A stretch of DNA of 64,000 nt, taken from Syntrophales bacterium. Its GTDB lineage: Bacteria; Desulfobacterota; Syntrophia; Syntrophales; UBA4778. Below, piece by piece: positions 48,859 through 60,220 of the stretch; the first letter of the stretch is position 1; each line of letters starts with the position of its first letter. The notes below the pieces were generated by a model. The model made no database searches. It saw only the letters and a program-made list of their open reading frames with translations, and had not been told where the DNA came from. Both the position numbers and the translations under genes were made by a program. The DNA lies in the NCBI GenBank assembly GCA_963665615.2, contig CAXXQE010000008.1, positions 124,001 through 188,000 of the forward strand, read 5' to 3'.

Positions 48859-49929
48859 TTGGAAAATAAATATTCAACAGAGGCAGACGCGGCGGCATGC
48901 GGTACCGCAGACTGCTGTATTGGCGGTGTAGCGCAAAGCCGGCGAAGGCTCCTGATTGCAGCGGTCATCATCTCGCCGTTTGTAGCCGCCGTTCTAGCGC
49001 TCTTTCTGGGGGCATACGGACTGACACCGCTTGAGGTCGTGAAGATTCTCGGTGGCGCTTTCAGCGGCGTCGATTCGCAAGAGGCAGCGATTGTCTTCGA
49101 TATCCGCCTGCCGCGTATCTTCTTGGCAGGGTTGGTTGGTATTGCCCTTGGCGGCTCGGGCGTCACCCTTCAGGGCATCTTCCGCAATCCCCTGGTCGAT
49201 CCCTATATCCTGGGCGTGTCGGCAGGCGCGGCTTTCGGCTGCTCGCTGTGCATCGGATGGCTGCCGGAGATCCCCGTGCAGGTCGTGGCATTTGCATTCG
49301 GAATCCTCTCCGTCGCGCTGACGTTCGTCATAGCCAGGATGCAGGGCGAGCTCTCGCGGTTGCCCCTGATTCTGTCCGGGGTCATCGTCTCGGCTTTCTT
49401 TACGGCGATGGTGTCCATCGTGAAATTCCTGGTCGATCCACACAAGCTCCAAAGTATTGTCTTTTGGCTGATGGGAAGCTTCGCTCTGGCTGACTGGCGA
49501 CAAGTCGGAATCGCCGCCCTTGGGATTACGGTCGGGCTCGCGCCAGTCGTCATGATGCGCTGGCGGCTCAACGTCATGAGCATGGGCGACGACGAAGCCA
49601 AAGTGTTGGGAATTCACGTTGTCCGGGATCGAATTCTCTTTGTGGCTGCGTCAACCCTTATGGTGAGCATCGCAGTTTCCGTGAGCGGCATCATTGGTTG
49701 GGTGGGCCTGATGGTACCCCACCTCATCCGGATGATGACCGGCCCGGACCACCGGAGCCTTGTCCCCCTTAGCATGGCTGGGGGCGCGGCCTTCATGATT
49801 TTTTCCGACACATTGGCGCGGAGCCTCTCCGCCATCGACATTCCGGTCGGGATCATCACAGCGATCATCGGTGCGCCCTTTTTCGTCTACCTCATGAAGC
49901 GGGGCGGCAAAGAGAGCTGGGGGAGGTGA
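48859..49929 (+). CDS. FecCD/BtuC-type ABC permease
   Basis: IRLPRI, QGIFRNPLVDPYILGVSAGA, FWLMGS, GIIGWVGLMVPH, IPVGIITAIIGAPFF motifs; probable TTG start at 48859. Confidence 0.93.
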   Translation: MENKYSTEADAAACGTADCCIGGVAQSRRRLLIAAVIISPFVAAVLALFLGAYGLTPLEVVKILGGAFSGVDSQEAAIVFDIRLPRIFLAGLVGIALGGSGVTLQGIFRNPLVDPYILGVSAGAAFGCSLCIGWLPEIPVQVVAFAFGILSVALTFVIARMQGELSRLPLILSGVIVSAFFTAMVSIVKFLVDPHKLQSIVFWLMGSFALADWRQVGIAALGITVGLAPVVMMRWRLNVMSMGDDEAKVLGIHVVRDRILFVAASTLMVSIAVSVSGIIGWVGLMVPHLIRMMTGPDHRSLVPLSMAGGAAFMIFSDTLARSLSAIDIPVGIITAIIGAPFFVYLMKRGGKESWGR

Positions 49930-49933
49930 GATC

Positions 49934-50716
49934 GTGTTAAGCGTTGAAGATCTGTATTTCAGGCATGCTCGTTCGGAGAGGGACATCCTGAAAGGGATGA
50001 ATTTTACGATATCGCCCGGCCAGATGACGACCCTTCTGGGACCGAACGGTTCGGGGAAGACCACGCTTTTCAAGTGCCTGACGGGCCTGTGGCGCGCGCG
50101 GCGCGGTGCCGTTCGGCTGGGTGATCGGGATCTGTCGAAGCTGTCCTTTGTGGAGCGGGCGGGCATTATGGCTGTCGTGCCTCAGGAACACGATCCGCCC
50201 TTCCCTTATCGGGTCGAGGATGTTGTCCTGATGGGACGCGCTTCACACGTGGCACTTTTTTCGTCGCCCTCTGCCAAGGACAGCCACGCAGCGGACGAGG
50301 CCATTGAAGAAGTTGGCATCGGTCATCTACGGGAGCGGCCTTATACGCAGATCAGCGGCGGCGAGCGGCAGCTCGTCCTGATCGCGCGAGCAATAGCCCA
50401 GGAGGCGCCGATCCTGATTCTTGACGAGCCTACATCACACCTCGATTTCAGAAACCAGATCCTGATTCTGACCAAGGTGCGGCGTATCGCCAGTCAGCGC
50501 GGTCTCACAGTTCTCATGACCCTGCACGATCCCAATGCGGCCATGCAGTTTTCCGACGAGATCATCCTCTTTGCGGAGGGATGTTTGGTGGATCAGGGTG
50601 AGCCGAAGGCGGTCCTGACGCGGGAGAACCTGAAAAAGATCTATGCCCTTGATGTCTCCGTCATCCCCCACGAAGGCACCCACATCATTCATCCCAGGAC
50701 GGCGCTATATGATTGA
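49934..50716 (+). CDS. FecE/BtuD-type ABC ATPase
   Basis: GPNGSGKTT, ISGGERQ, LDEPTSHLD, LHD motifs. Confidence 0.93.
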   Translation: MLSVEDLYFRHARSERDILKGMNFTISPGQMTTLLGPNGSGKTTLFKCLTGLWRARRGAVRLGDRDLSKLSFVERAGIMAVVPQEHDPPFPYRVEDVVLMGRASHVALFSSPSAKDSHAADEAIEEVGIGHLRERPYTQISGGERQLVLIARAIAQEAPILILDEPTSHLDFRNQILILTKVRRIASQRGLTVLMTLHDPNAAMQFSDEIILFAEGCLVDQGEPKAVLTRENLKKIYALDVSVIPHEGTHIIHPRTALYD

Positions 50717-51542
50717 AATTGAAAACCTGACAAAAAACTACGGCAGAATTAGGGCGGTGGACGACCTGTCCTTCACGATCAGCGCCGGGGAGGTCTTCGG
50801 GCTCCTCGGCCCCAATGGTGCCGGCAAGACCACGACGATCAAGATGCTGACGACGCTCAGTCGTCCAGATGGTGGATGCTGCCGCATCCATGGCTTCGAC
50901 GTCCTGGCCGAGCCGGGCGAAATCCGGAAAAGGATCGGCGTCGTCCCGCAGGAAAACAACCTCGAACGGGAACTGACAGCCTACGAAAATCTCAAAGTGT
51001 ATGCTCTCCTCCACCAGGTAGACCATGCGGAGGGCAGGATCGGCGAGAATCTCCGCATGGTCGATCTCTGGGATCGGCGCGATTCCGTTGTGTCGGGATT
51101 TTCCGGGGGCATGCAGCGGCGACTCCTGCTGGCGCGGGCGCTGCTGCCGTTGCCGTCCGTCCTCTTTCTTGACGAGCCGTCCATCGGGCTCGATCCGCAG
51201 ATCAGACGACAGCTCTGGGATATCATCCGCAAAACGCGCCTGGACGGCAGGACGGTCGTCATTACGACCCACTACATCGAGGAGGCCGAGGCCCTATGCG
51301 ACCGGGTGGGGATCATGGCCAAGGGGAAACTCATTGCGCTCGATACGCCCGACCAACTCAAGCGCAGTGTCGGCGAGTACGTTGTCGAGCAGGTTGATGC
51401 TGAAGGACGCCTCGTGCAGCATATCTGCAAGAGCCGCGAGGAGGCGCACGAAACGGCCCGACGCGAGCCCAACGGCGTCACCATCCGGAGAACCAATCTG
51501 GAAGATGTTTTCATCAAGTTGACGGGAGGACGCATCGAATGA
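50709..51542 (+). CDS. ABC-2/DrrA-type exporter ATPase
   Basis: GPNGAGKTT, FSGGMQRR, LDEPSIGLDP, TTHYIEEAEALCDR, NLEDVFIKLTG; start MIEIENL. Confidence 0.92.
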   Translation: MIEIENLTKNYGRIRAVDDLSFTISAGEVFGLLGPNGAGKTTTIKMLTTLSRPDGGCCRIHGFDVLAEPGEIRKRIGVVPQENNLERELTAYENLKVYALLHQVDHAEGRIGENLRMVDLWDRRDSVVSGFSGGMQRRLLLARALLPLPSVLFLDEPSIGLDPQIRRQLWDIIRKTRLDGRTVVITTHYIEEAEALCDRVGIMAKGKLIALDTPDQLKRSVGEYVVEQVDAEGRLVQHICKSREEAHETARREPNGVTIRRTNLEDVFIKLTGGRIE

Positions 51543-52285
51543 ACCGTTTTCCCTGGTACCCGGTCTTTCTCAAAGAGATGCTCCTCTTCCGCCGGAAGCT
51601 CCTCAAACTCGGCTATCTCTTCTCCGCGATGGCCACGCCGATCATCTATCTGCTGGCCTTCGGCTTCGGCCTGGGCAGAAGCGTTCAGCTCTCCGGCATG
51701 AACTACCTGGGGTATCTCGTCTTTGGTCTGGTCGCCATGAGTTCAATGAACAATTCCTATACGTGGGTATGCAACACCCTCAACCTTAGCCGGCTTTACT
51801 TCAAGACCTTTCAGGTGCTCATCCAGGCCCCTGTCAGGGCACGCGATATCATGGCAGGGGAGGTCTTGGCCGGGATGGTCAAGGGCCTCTTTGCCGCGTC
51901 GCTCATCATCGTCGTTGGCCTTGTAGCCTCGCGGGATTTTGTCATCGGCCCGATCTTCCTTCTGGCGCTTCTCCTCAACTGCTTTCTCTTCGCCAACCTG
52001 GGCGTGATCGTGGGCATGCGCGCGAAGTCCCATGAGGACACGGCGACGTATTCCAATTTCTTCATCATGCCGATGGCCTTTTTCAGCGGGACCTTCTTTC
52101 CCGTTCACAAGATGCCCCTTCTCCTCAAAGCGGTGATCTATGTGCTTCCCCTGACGCACACGAACATTCTGATCCGGAAAGCCGCGATGGACGGCGAGGC
52201 ATGGGCCTCGCTTACTGTTCTGATTGCCTATGCGGTCGCCTTTTTCATCTATGGTTCCAAGCTCATCAAGGAGTACAGCGAATGA
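51539..52285 (+). CDS. ABC-2 type exporter permease
   Basis: Six TM segments; PMAFFSGTFFP, LPLTH motifs. Confidence 0.9.
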   Translation: MNRFPWYPVFLKEMLLFRRKLLKLGYLFSAMATPIIYLLAFGFGLGRSVQLSGMNYLGYLVFGLVAMSSMNNSYTWVCNTLNLSRLYFKTFQVLIQAPVRARDIMAGEVLAGMVKGLFAASLIIVVGLVASRDFVIGPIFLLALLLNCFLFANLGVIVGMRAKSHEDTATYSNFFIMPMAFFSGTFFPVHKMPLLLKAVIYVLPLTHTNILIRKAAMDGEAWASLTVLIAYAVAFFIYGSKLIKEYSE

Positions 52286-55200
52286 ACGATACAAAGCGTC
52301 CCGTCAAATTATTCACCATCATGTGGTCCAGCTACCTTCCCCTGATCCGGGAAGCGGCGGACCTTCTCGATATTCGCCTGAAGGCCTGTTCGACCAAGCA
52401 GATCAATCTGGATCAGATCCCCTTCGATTCCCTCCAGCAGGACATGCGGGAGGCCGATCTTATCCTCCTCTATCGCACCAATGACGCCTTCTGGGAAGAA
52501 ATCGAGGAAACCCTCGATGAGGTCAGGAACCGCATCCCTGTTGTCGTGATCGGCAGCGATCCGTCGCTGTGGGTGAAATCGACGGTCAGCCCGGAGATCG
52601 TCACTACGGTTTATCGCTACATCCTCTTCAACGGCCGGGAGAACATGACCAACCTGCTGCGATTTCTCATGCATCAGATCTTTCATCGGTCTGTGAGTTA
52701 TGAGGAACCGCAGGAAATGCCCTGGGAGGGCATTCATCGGCCGGATGCAGACATTGTCTATGCATCCGCGGAAGCCTACCTGGACGCCTATCTTCCAGGA
52801 CTTTCCTTTATCCCGCAGGCGACGGTCGGGCTCCTCTATTCCCGGTCGAATTGGGCGACGCGCAATCTCGATATCGAGCGGCAGTTCGTTGCTTCCCTGG
52901 AAAAGCGGCGGATCGCCGTCATTCCCGTTTTTTTCTATTCCCTCAAGGATGAGAACCTGGGGAACCTGAGCGGTGTCGAAGTTATCGAAAAGTATCTCAT
53001 GAAAGATGAACGACCGATCGTGGACGGCCTCATCAAGCTCTCTTCCTTCTTCCTAGGAATGGCAAGGAGCGGGGCAAGTGGCGGCATCCGAGAGGCGGAC
53101 GCCGCGGGGGGCGCCGCCCTGATGAAACGTTTGAACATCCCTCTCGTGAATCCCGTGATCTCCTACTACAAGGATTACGAACACTGGCTGGATGATCCGC
53201 ACGGTCTGGGATCGCAGGTGGCCTGGAGCATCGCCATGCCGGAGTTTGAAGGCGTGATCGAACCAATGGTGATCGGCGCGACGCGGGGGATCGCCACTGC
53301 CGGCGAGGAAAGCTACGAACCCATCACGGAGCGGATCGAGCGGCTGAGTGATCGGGCGGCGCGCTGGATCGCTCTTGCGAAAAAGCCAAACAGCGAAAAG
53401 AAGGTGGCCTTCATCCTGCACAACAACCCCTGCGCCTCCGTCGAGGCGACGGTCGGCGCCGGGGCGCACCTCGATACGCTCGAAAGCGTGGCCGATCTAC
53501 TCAAGCGGATGCAGGCCGAGGGATACGACATCACGCCTCCGGAAAACGGCAAAAAACTGATCGATACAATCATGGAGCGCAAGGCCATCTCCGAATTCCG
53601 CTGGACCACAGTGGAGGAGATTGTGGAGAAGGGAGGCGCGCTCGACCGCCTTAGCCTGGAGGCCTATCTGCCCTGGTTCAGGGAACTGCCGGAACGGACG
53701 CAACAGCGGATGTGCGAGGCATGGGGCAATCCGCCGGGCGAGGAAAAGGACGGTGTTCCCGCGGCCATGGTTCACGAAGGCAGGATTCTGATCACGGGCG
53801 TGCGGTACGGCAACGCCGTCGTCTGCGTCCAGCCCAAGCGCGGCTGCGCGGGGGCGCGCTGCGATGGCCAGGTGTGCAAGATCCTCCACGACCCAGACAT
53901 TCCGCCGCCGCACCAGTATGTCGCCACCTACAAGTGGCTGTCGCGATCATTCGGCGCGGATGCCGTCATTCATGTCGGCACACACGGGAACCTCGAATTC
54001 CTGCCCGGCAAATCGACCGGGCTCTCCTCAGGGTGTTTTCCTGATATCGGGATCGATACGATGCCCCACCTTTACATCTACAATGCAGATAATCCACCGG
54101 AGGGAACCATAGCTAAAAGGCGGAGCAACGCCGTTCTCGTCGATCACATGCAGACGGTGATGGTGAAGGGCGAACTATACGGGGATCTCGAACAACTGGA
54201 AAAACTCCTCGACGATTACGAGCGCTACCGGGATCTGGAACCTGCCAAAGCCCACACCATCTCTCATCTGATTGCAGAGCAGGTCAGGGGACTCAGACTG
54301 CTCGACGGCGACGAGGAAGCGCTGCACGATCAGTTTGACGAGAAGGTGCGTGTCATCCACGACAGCCTCAACCTCCTCAGGAACACGGCCATCCCCAAGG
54401 GGATGCACATCTTCGGGCGTCGGCCCGAGGGAGAAAAACTGGCGGCCTTTGTCTATGCGATTCTTCGCTATGAAAAGACGCCTGGGTCGCTCCGGGGGCT
54501 GATCGAACGCCTGACGGAGCGGGCGGAAGGCCTGGAAGGCGAGGCACTCGATGAGCGCGTCGAAGCAATCGCGCAGAATGTCTGCACGGATTATGTCCTT
54601 AATGATTCGCCGCTGGCAGTATCCCTGGCGTCTGCCTATGTGCTGACACCGGAGGATGCGCACGAGATCGCGGCGGTGGAAGACAAGCTCCGCTGGACCG
54701 TCGCGGCGGTGGCGGCTTCCGATGAGACGGGAGCGCTTTTGAACGGGTTGAATGGCGGATACATCGAACCCGGTCCCTCCGGTCTGATCACGCGGGGACG
54801 GGCCGACATCCTGCCCACGGGGCGCAACTTCTATTCGTTAGACCCGCTCAGGATTCCGACGCCCGCGGCCTGGGAGATCGGCCGGATGCTCGCGCAGAGG
54901 ACCCTTGACAAATACTGCGAGGCGCAAGGGCGATTCCCGGAGAATATCGCCTTTCACTGGCAGTGCACGGATATCATGTGGGCCGACGGCGAGGGCATGG
55001 CGCAAATGATGTGTCTGCTTGGGGTGCGCCCGCTCTGGAAGACGAACGGCCGCACGGAGGGCTTCGAGGTCATCCCCCTCGACCAGCTTGGCAGGCCGCG
55101 CATCGACATCACGGTTCGCGTCTCCGGGATCACGCGGGACAATTTCCCCTCGTCGATTAATCTCCTCGACGAGGCCGTGCAGGCCGTGGCCGGCCTTGAC

Positions 55201-56109
55201 GAGCCGATTGACCGGAACTTCGTCCGGAAGCACACCCTCGAAAAACTGGCCGATGCCTCCGAGGCCTTGGAGGATGGTTTGCGCAAGGCCACCTACCGGA
55301 TCTTTGCCAGCATGCCGGGCACCTACCAGGCAGGCACGCAACTGGCTGTCTATGCCTCGGCCTGGAAAACTGAGCAGGACCTCTCCGATGTCTTTCTCTA
55401 CTGGAACGGCTATGCCTACGGCAAGGGCGTTTACGGCGAGCCTGCCCACGAGGGACTCAAGACGAGCCTCAAGACAGTCGAGGCCTCCTTCAACAAGACC
55501 GTGACGGACGAGTACGACCTGACGGGATGCTGCTGCTATTTCGGCACACACGGCGGAATGATCAATGCGGCCCAGGTTCTCTCCGGCAAAGCGATCCAGA
55601 ATTACTACGGCGACACGCGGGAGCCGGGCAAGGTCGCTGTCCGGACGCTCACCGAAGAAATTCGGAGGGTCGCGCGGGGGAAGATCCTCAATCCCAAATG
55701 GATCGAGGGCATGAAAGAGCATGGCTACAAGGGCGCAGGCGAGATCTCGAAGCGCGTGGGGCGGCTCTATGGCTGGCAGGCCACGGCCAAGGCCGTGGAC
55801 GGCGCCGTCTTCGATGACGTGACGCGGACGTTCATGATGGATGAGGAAAACAGAAAGTTTTTTGAAGAAAACAATCCTTGGGCACTTGAAGAGATCGCCC
55901 GCCGCCTGATCGAAGCTGCCGAGCGCGGCCTGTGGAAACCCGCTCCGGACGTCCGGGAGGCGCTCAAGGACCTGTATGTCGAGATCGAAGGCTGGATCGA
56001 GGAAAGGATGGGAGATGTCAAGGGAGACTTCCAGGGCGGCGCGATCGACATCCTGACGCAAAACGAGGTGGCTGCCTGGAAAATGAAGATGGAGGCAATT
56101 CTGAAATGA
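52282..56109 (+). CDS. cobN: CobN/BchH-family chelatase large subunit
   Basis: [61 protein letters not shown] motifs; ATGA-coupled start MNDTKRP. Confidence 0.93.
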   Translation: MNDTKRPVKLFTIMWSSYLPLIREAADLLDIRLKACSTKQINLDQIPFDSLQQDMREADLILLYRTNDAFWEEIEETLDEVRNRIPVVVIGSDPSLWVKSTVSPEIVTTVYRYILFNGRENMTNLLRFLMHQIFHRSVSYEEPQEMPWEGIHRPDADIVYASAEAYLDAYLPGLSFIPQATVGLLYSRSNWATRNLDIERQFVASLEKRRIAVIPVFFYSLKDENLGNLSGVEVIEKYLMKDERPIVDGLIKLSSFFLGMARSGASGGIREADAAGGAALMKRLNIPLVNPVISYYKDYEHWLDDPHGLGSQVAWSIAMPEFEGVIEPMVIGATRGIATAGEESYEPITERIERLSDRAARWIALAKKPNSEKKVAFILHNNPCASVEATVGAGAHLDTLESVADLLKRMQAEGYDITPPENGKKLIDTIMERKAISEFRWTTVEEIVEKGGALDRLSLEAYLPWFRELPERTQQRMCEAWGNPPGEEKDGVPAAMVHEGRILITGVRYGNAVVCVQPKRGCAGARCDGQVCKILHDPDIPPPHQYVATYKWLSRSFGADAVIHVGTHGNLEFLPGKSTGLSSGCFPDIGIDTMPHLYIYNADNPPEGTIAKRRSNAVLVDHMQTVMVKGELYGDLEQLEKLLDDYERYRDLEPAKAHTISHLIAEQVRGLRLLDGDEEALHDQFDEKVRVIHDSLNLLRNTAIPKGMHIFGRRPEGEKLAAFVYAILRYEKTPGSLRGLIERLTERAEGLEGEALDERVEAIAQNVCTDYVLNDSPLAVSLASAYVLTPEDAHEIAAVEDKLRWTVAAVAASDETGALLNGLNGGYIEPGPSGLITRGRADILPTGRNFYSLDPLRIPTPAAWEIGRMLAQRTLDKYCEAQGRFPENIAFHWQCTDIMWADGEGMAQMMCLLGVRPLWKTNGRTEGFEVIPLDQLGRPRIDITVRVSGITRDNFPSSINLLDEAVQAVAGLDEPIDRNFVRKHTLEKLADASEALEDGLRKATYRIFASMPGTYQAGTQLAVYASAWKTEQDLSDVFLYWNGYAYGKGVYGEPAHEGLKTSLKTVEASFNKTVTDEYDLTGCCCYFGTHGGMINAAQVLSGKAIQNYYGDTREPGKVAVRTLTEEIRRVARGKILNPKWIEGMKEHGYKGAGEISKRVGRLYGWQATAKAVDGAVFDDVTRTFMMDEENRKFFEENNPWALEEIARRLIEAAERGLWKPAPDVREALKDLYVEIEGWIEERMGDVKGDFQGGAIDILTQNEVAAWKMKMEAILK

Positions 56110-57122
56110 TATTTCCGTTTACGGCGATTGTCGGTCAGGAGGAGATGAAGACGGCGTTGATCCTCAACGTCATCGATCCTGCGATCGGCGGTCTTTTGAT
56201 TATGGGCGAAAAGGGCACGGCCAAGAGCACGGCAGTGCGGGCGCTGGCAGAACTCCTGCCGAAAGTGCAGGTCGTAAAAGGGTGCGCCTTCAACTGCGAT
56301 CCTGATGGTGTGCTGTGCGACGGCTGCAAGGCGACGCTTGAACGGGAAGGCCATCTGCATCGTGAAGAGAAGAAGATGCGGGTCGTGGAACTGCCACTCG
56401 GTGTTACGGAGGACCGCCTGGTCGGAACCCTCGACATCGAACACGCCCTGAAGCGGGGGGAAAAGCGTTTCGAGCCGGGCATCCTGGCCGACGCCAACCG
56501 GAACTTCCTCTACGTGGACGAGGTGAATCTCCTGGAAGACCACATCGTCGATCTGCTTCTTGATTCGGCGGCGATGGGTGTCAATACCGTCGAACGCGAG
56601 GGAGTCTCTTTCGCGCACCCGGCGAAGTTCATCCTGGTGGGAACAATGAACCCGGAAGAGGGAGATCTGAGACCGCAACTTCTCGACCGCTTCGGTCTCT
56701 GCGTTCAGGTCGGGTCCGTTCCGGATGTGCCGTCGCGGGTCGAGATCCTGAAGCGCAAAGCGGCCTTCGATGCCGATCCCGCAGGCTTTGCGATAGCCTG
56801 GGATCGAGAACAGGCGGCGCTTTCCGGAGAGATCGTGATGGCTAATGAGAGGTTGGGGGGTATCGACCTCGCCGATCGCATTCTGGAAAAAATCATCGGC
56901 ATTACGGTCCCCCTTCAGCTCGACGGGCACCGGGCCGACATCGTGACGATGAAGGCCGCGCGGGCGCTTGCTGCCTTTCGAGGAAAGGAGACCATTGGCC
57001 CGGATGAAGTCCGCGGCGCGGCAGCGCTTGCCCTGGGGCACCGGCTGAAGCGCCTGCCCTTCGAGGATGTCGGCGAAGGCAGCCGGAAGCTCTCGGCAGC
57101 GCTCAAGGAGATCGGAGCATGA
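56106..57122 (+). CDS. Chelatase AAA+ ATPase, ChlI/BchI-like
   Basis: [56 protein letters not shown]-coupled to cobN. Confidence 0.93.
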   Translation: MIFPFTAIVGQEEMKTALILNVIDPAIGGLLIMGEKGTAKSTAVRALAELLPKVQVVKGCAFNCDPDGVLCDGCKATLEREGHLHREEKKMRVVELPLGVTEDRLVGTLDIEHALKRGEKRFEPGILADANRNFLYVDEVNLLEDHIVDLLLDSAAMGVNTVEREGVSFAHPAKFILVGTMNPEEGDLRPQLLDRFGLCVQVGSVPDVPSRVEILKRKAAFDADPAGFAIAWDREQAALSGEIVMANERLGGIDLADRILEKIIGITVPLQLDGHRADIVTMKAARALAAFRGKETIGPDEVRGAAALALGHRLKRLPFEDVGEGSRKLSAALKEIGA

Positions 57123-58960
57123 CCTTCACTGGGTTTATCGGCCATGACGATGCGAAGCTGGCCCTCATTCTGAACGCCGTCGATTCTCGCTGCGGCGGGG
57201 TTCTGTTCGTGGGAGAGAAAGGCTGCGGCAAATCAACACTGGCGCGACTGTATCGCCGCCTGATGCCAGCCGGAATGCCTTTTGTCAATCTTCCCCTGAA
57301 TGCCACGGAGGAAGCGCTCTGGGGTGGAGTTGATCTGGAAAGGACCCTGGCGGCCGGACGACGGATCGAGCAGGGCGGACTTGTCAACCGGGCTGCTGGA
57401 GGCATTCTCTATATCGACGACCTCAATCTCCTCTCCGCCGATGTGATGGCGCTCGTCTTCAAGGCGCAAGACAGCCTTCATAGAACAAATCCCTTCACGA
57501 TTCTGGCCAGCATGAATCCTGAAGAGGGGGCGCTATCGTCGCATTATCTCGACCGCTTCGGGATGTGTGCGGTCTGGGAAGCTCTGCGGGACGCGGGAGA
57601 GCGTTTGGCGATTATGCGCTATGCCGTTGCTGGTGAAATCAAAGCGCTCGCACGGGAGGCCGACGCCGCGCTACGCGAGCGGATTACCCTTGCGCGCCGG
57701 AACGTCGAGGCGGTGACGGTCTCTCCGGCGCTCCGGGAACGCATAACGGCGCTATGCCTCGAACGCGCCGTTGCCGGACACCGGGGTGATGTCTTTCTCT
57801 TCTATGCCGCGCGGGCGTTTGCTGCCTTCTCGGGAGCGTCTGAGGTGACTGAAGACCATGTAGAAAAAGTGGCTCCCCTCGTGCTTGCGCATCGCAGCCG
57901 GGAAATCCGGAATCCGGAGGAGGACCGGCAGGAAGAAAACAACAAACGGGAAGAACGACAGGACCATCAGGAAGACCGGCAAGAGGCCAAAAATGCTGCG
58001 CCGGAAACATCGCCGGAACGCGCCGAAAGTCAGGATGACACGAATGGCGAGGAACCGGACCGGCAGGCAGAGCAGACACGGGAATCGCGCCCCGACGAGG
58101 CGGTTTTTGACTTGGGGCAGGCCTTCCGGGTGCGGCGTCTCGCCTTCCGGAAAGACCGCAGAGACCGATCTCTTGGCGGACGCAGAACCAAGACGGGCAC
58201 GCTCGGCAAGCGCGGGCGCTATGTCAAGAGCCTCCTACGTCCCAACGACGATATCGCCATCGATGCGACCCTTCGAGCGGCAGCGCCCTTCCAGGCTGCA
58301 CGGGGGCGGCGGAGCAAGGTAGTGATCCATGACACTGACCTGCGCTTCAAGAAGCGGGAAAAGAAGATGGGCCACTTGGTTATCTTTGTGGTGGACGGAT
58401 CGGGGTCGATGGGCGCACGGCAACGGATGATCGAGACGAAAGGCGCCATCCAGTCCCTGCTCGTCGATAGTTACCAGAAACGGGAACGTGTTGCGTTGAT
58501 CGTTTTCCGGCGGGACCGCGCCGAGGTCGTTCTGCCACCCACGGCCAGTCTGACGGAAGCCTCGCGTCGATTGAAGGAGATGCCGGTGGGTGGGAAGACG
58601 CCTCTGTCAGCGGGACTTCTGGAGGCCTGGCGTCTGATCCGCCGCACCGCCGCACGGACGCCCCAGACGCGGTTTCTCGTCGTTGTGACAACGGACGGCC
58701 GGGCGAACCACAGTCTTGCAGAGATGCCGGTCCGGGAAGAGATTCAAAGAATATCGGCGCTGCTGTCGGATCTCGACGCCGTCGACTATGTCGTCATCGA
58801 CACGGAGGAAAAGGGGAAGTTCACTACTGTCGATCAGGCACGACAGATCGCCTCATCTCTTGGGGCGGACTATTATACGATCGATGGTCTGAAATCCGAT
58901 TACCTGGTGAATATCGTCCGGGACAAGAAAAAGGATATTTATACCGATCAGTATGTATGA
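57119..58960 (+). CDS. Chelatase subunit ChlD/BchD-like (AAA, acidic linker, vWA)
   Basis: GEKGCGKST, acidic linker, [35 protein letters not shown] motifs. Confidence 0.92.
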   Translation: MTFTGFIGHDDAKLALILNAVDSRCGGVLFVGEKGCGKSTLARLYRRLMPAGMPFVNLPLNATEEALWGGVDLERTLAAGRRIEQGGLVNRAAGGILYIDDLNLLSADVMALVFKAQDSLHRTNPFTILASMNPEEGALSSHYLDRFGMCAVWEALRDAGERLAIMRYAVAGEIKALAREADAALRERITLARRNVEAVTVSPALRERITALCLERAVAGHRGDVFLFYAARAFAAFSGASEVTEDHVEKVAPLVLAHRSREIRNPEEDRQEENNKREERQDHQEDRQEAKNAAPETSPERAESQDDTNGEEPDRQAEQTRESRPDEAVFDLGQAFRVRRLAFRKDRRDRSLGGRRTKTGTLGKRGRYVKSLLRPNDDIAIDATLRAAAPFQAARGRRSKVVIHDTDLRFKKREKKMGHLVIFVVDGSGSMGARQRMIETKGAIQSLLVDSYQKRERVALIVFRRDRAEVVLPPTASLTEASRRLKEMPVGGKTPLSAGLLEAWRLIRRTAARTPQTRFLVVVTTDGRANHSLAEMPVREEIQRISALLSDLDAVDYVVIDTEEKGKFTTVDQARQIASSLGADYYTIDGLKSDYLVNIVRDKKKDIYTDQYV

Positions 58961-59026
58961 TAGCACTTGGGACTAAAACAGAAAAACTGCGGAAGTGCGC
59001 GATTCTGAAACTGAGGAGTTTGTACC

Positions 59027-59671
59027 ATGAACATTGAAAAACGGGACTTTGATAAAGAAGCTGCGTCCTGGGATGAACATCCGAACCGGGTGAAGTTGGC
59101 CAGGGATGTTGCAGATGCCATATTGAAGCAAATCACATTGACTGCCGGCATGGATGCGCTCGACTTCGGATGCGGCACTGGACTGCTGACCCTCCATGTT
59201 CAGCCGTTTGTCCGCTCCATTACCGGCGTCGACAGCTCGCAGGGCATGCTTGATATTTTCAAAACCAAAATTGCAAAGCGGGAAATGAACAATACAAGCG
59301 CTCTGCTTTTGGATCTTGAGGATGACTCGCGCCTGCCGGGCAATTATCACATTGTGTTAAGCAGCATGGTCCTTCATCATATCAAGGACGTAAAACATTT
59401 GTTCAACCGTTTGTATAAACAGATCCTTCCCGCCGGCCATTTGTGCATTGCCGATCTGGATTTGGATGATGGACAGTTCCATGACGACAATACCGGCGTC
59501 TTTCACTTCGGTTTTGACAGGGCTGCACTGCGCAGGATTTTCATTGCTGCGGGATTTGAAAATGTTTCGGATATAACTGCTGCGACAATGGCGAAGCCAA
59601 CCTCCGCTGGAGTGATTAGAGAATTTACGATATTTCTCATGACGGGCCAAAAGGGAAGTTTGCAATCTTAA
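59027..59671 (+). CDS. Class I SAM-dependent methyltransferase
   Basis: FDKEAASWD, LDFGCGTG, GVDSS, MVLHHI, FHFGF motifs; GAGGAG RBS. Confidence 0.9.
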   Translation: MNIEKRDFDKEAASWDEHPNRVKLARDVADAILKQITLTAGMDALDFGCGTGLLTLHVQPFVRSITGVDSSQGMLDIFKTKIAKREMNNTSALLLDLEDDSRLPGNYHIVLSSMVLHHIKDVKHLFNRLYKQILPAGHLCIADLDLDDGQFHDDNTGVFHFGFDRAALRRIFIAAGFENVSDITAATMAKPTSAGVIREFTIFLMTGQKGSLQS

Positions 59672-60220
59672 AAGCAACAGCTTACCGCTTCAGCTTAAAA
59701 TAAATTGAGCAAGCTTCGTGAAGTTTTTAAAGAAATGCCGGTAATATGCCGATGTGACCCGTAGGATAAATTGAGGGGATTGCAAGTGAATGTCTAAAAA
59801 TCCTGAAAGGGGGCGGTCTTCCTAACAGCCTTCATTTTTACAGTTCGGAGGGGATAAATGTAGCGCCCTCTTCATGTGGTATTCATGATGAATTCCGGAT
59901 CTTGTTCGGGGGATTTCAAATTGTGATCGGTACCTATCAGGCTGAATCCTAGATCCATAAACTGCAGCCATGGGGCCTGAACCCTGACTGTCATGGACCG
60001 AAGTCCTTTCCGTATTTTCCCTACTCGGTCTCTTTATAACAGACACAAATCATCGATGTCAGGTGCCAACCCATCAAGATCGAAATGATCGCCACAGAAG
60101 TGAAGTAGTGCGTTTCGATCCCCTTCGGCGCGCTTCCTCCACCATATCCAGCTATATATTCGGAACAGATGGCTGTCCCGGTTTTATGAACTAATACTTT
60201 TTTCCAAAACGGTTTTAACG

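Noticed and set aside
52282..58960. Reading the chelatase genes as chlorophyll or de novo B12 synthesis
   Set aside because: No other bch/chl or cob/cbi genes in the window; the context is transport. A role in a pathway encoded elsewhere cannot be excluded.
59672..60220. Short ORFs between the methyltransferase and the helicase-like gene
   Set aside because: No motifs or convincing RBS; possibly decayed sequence
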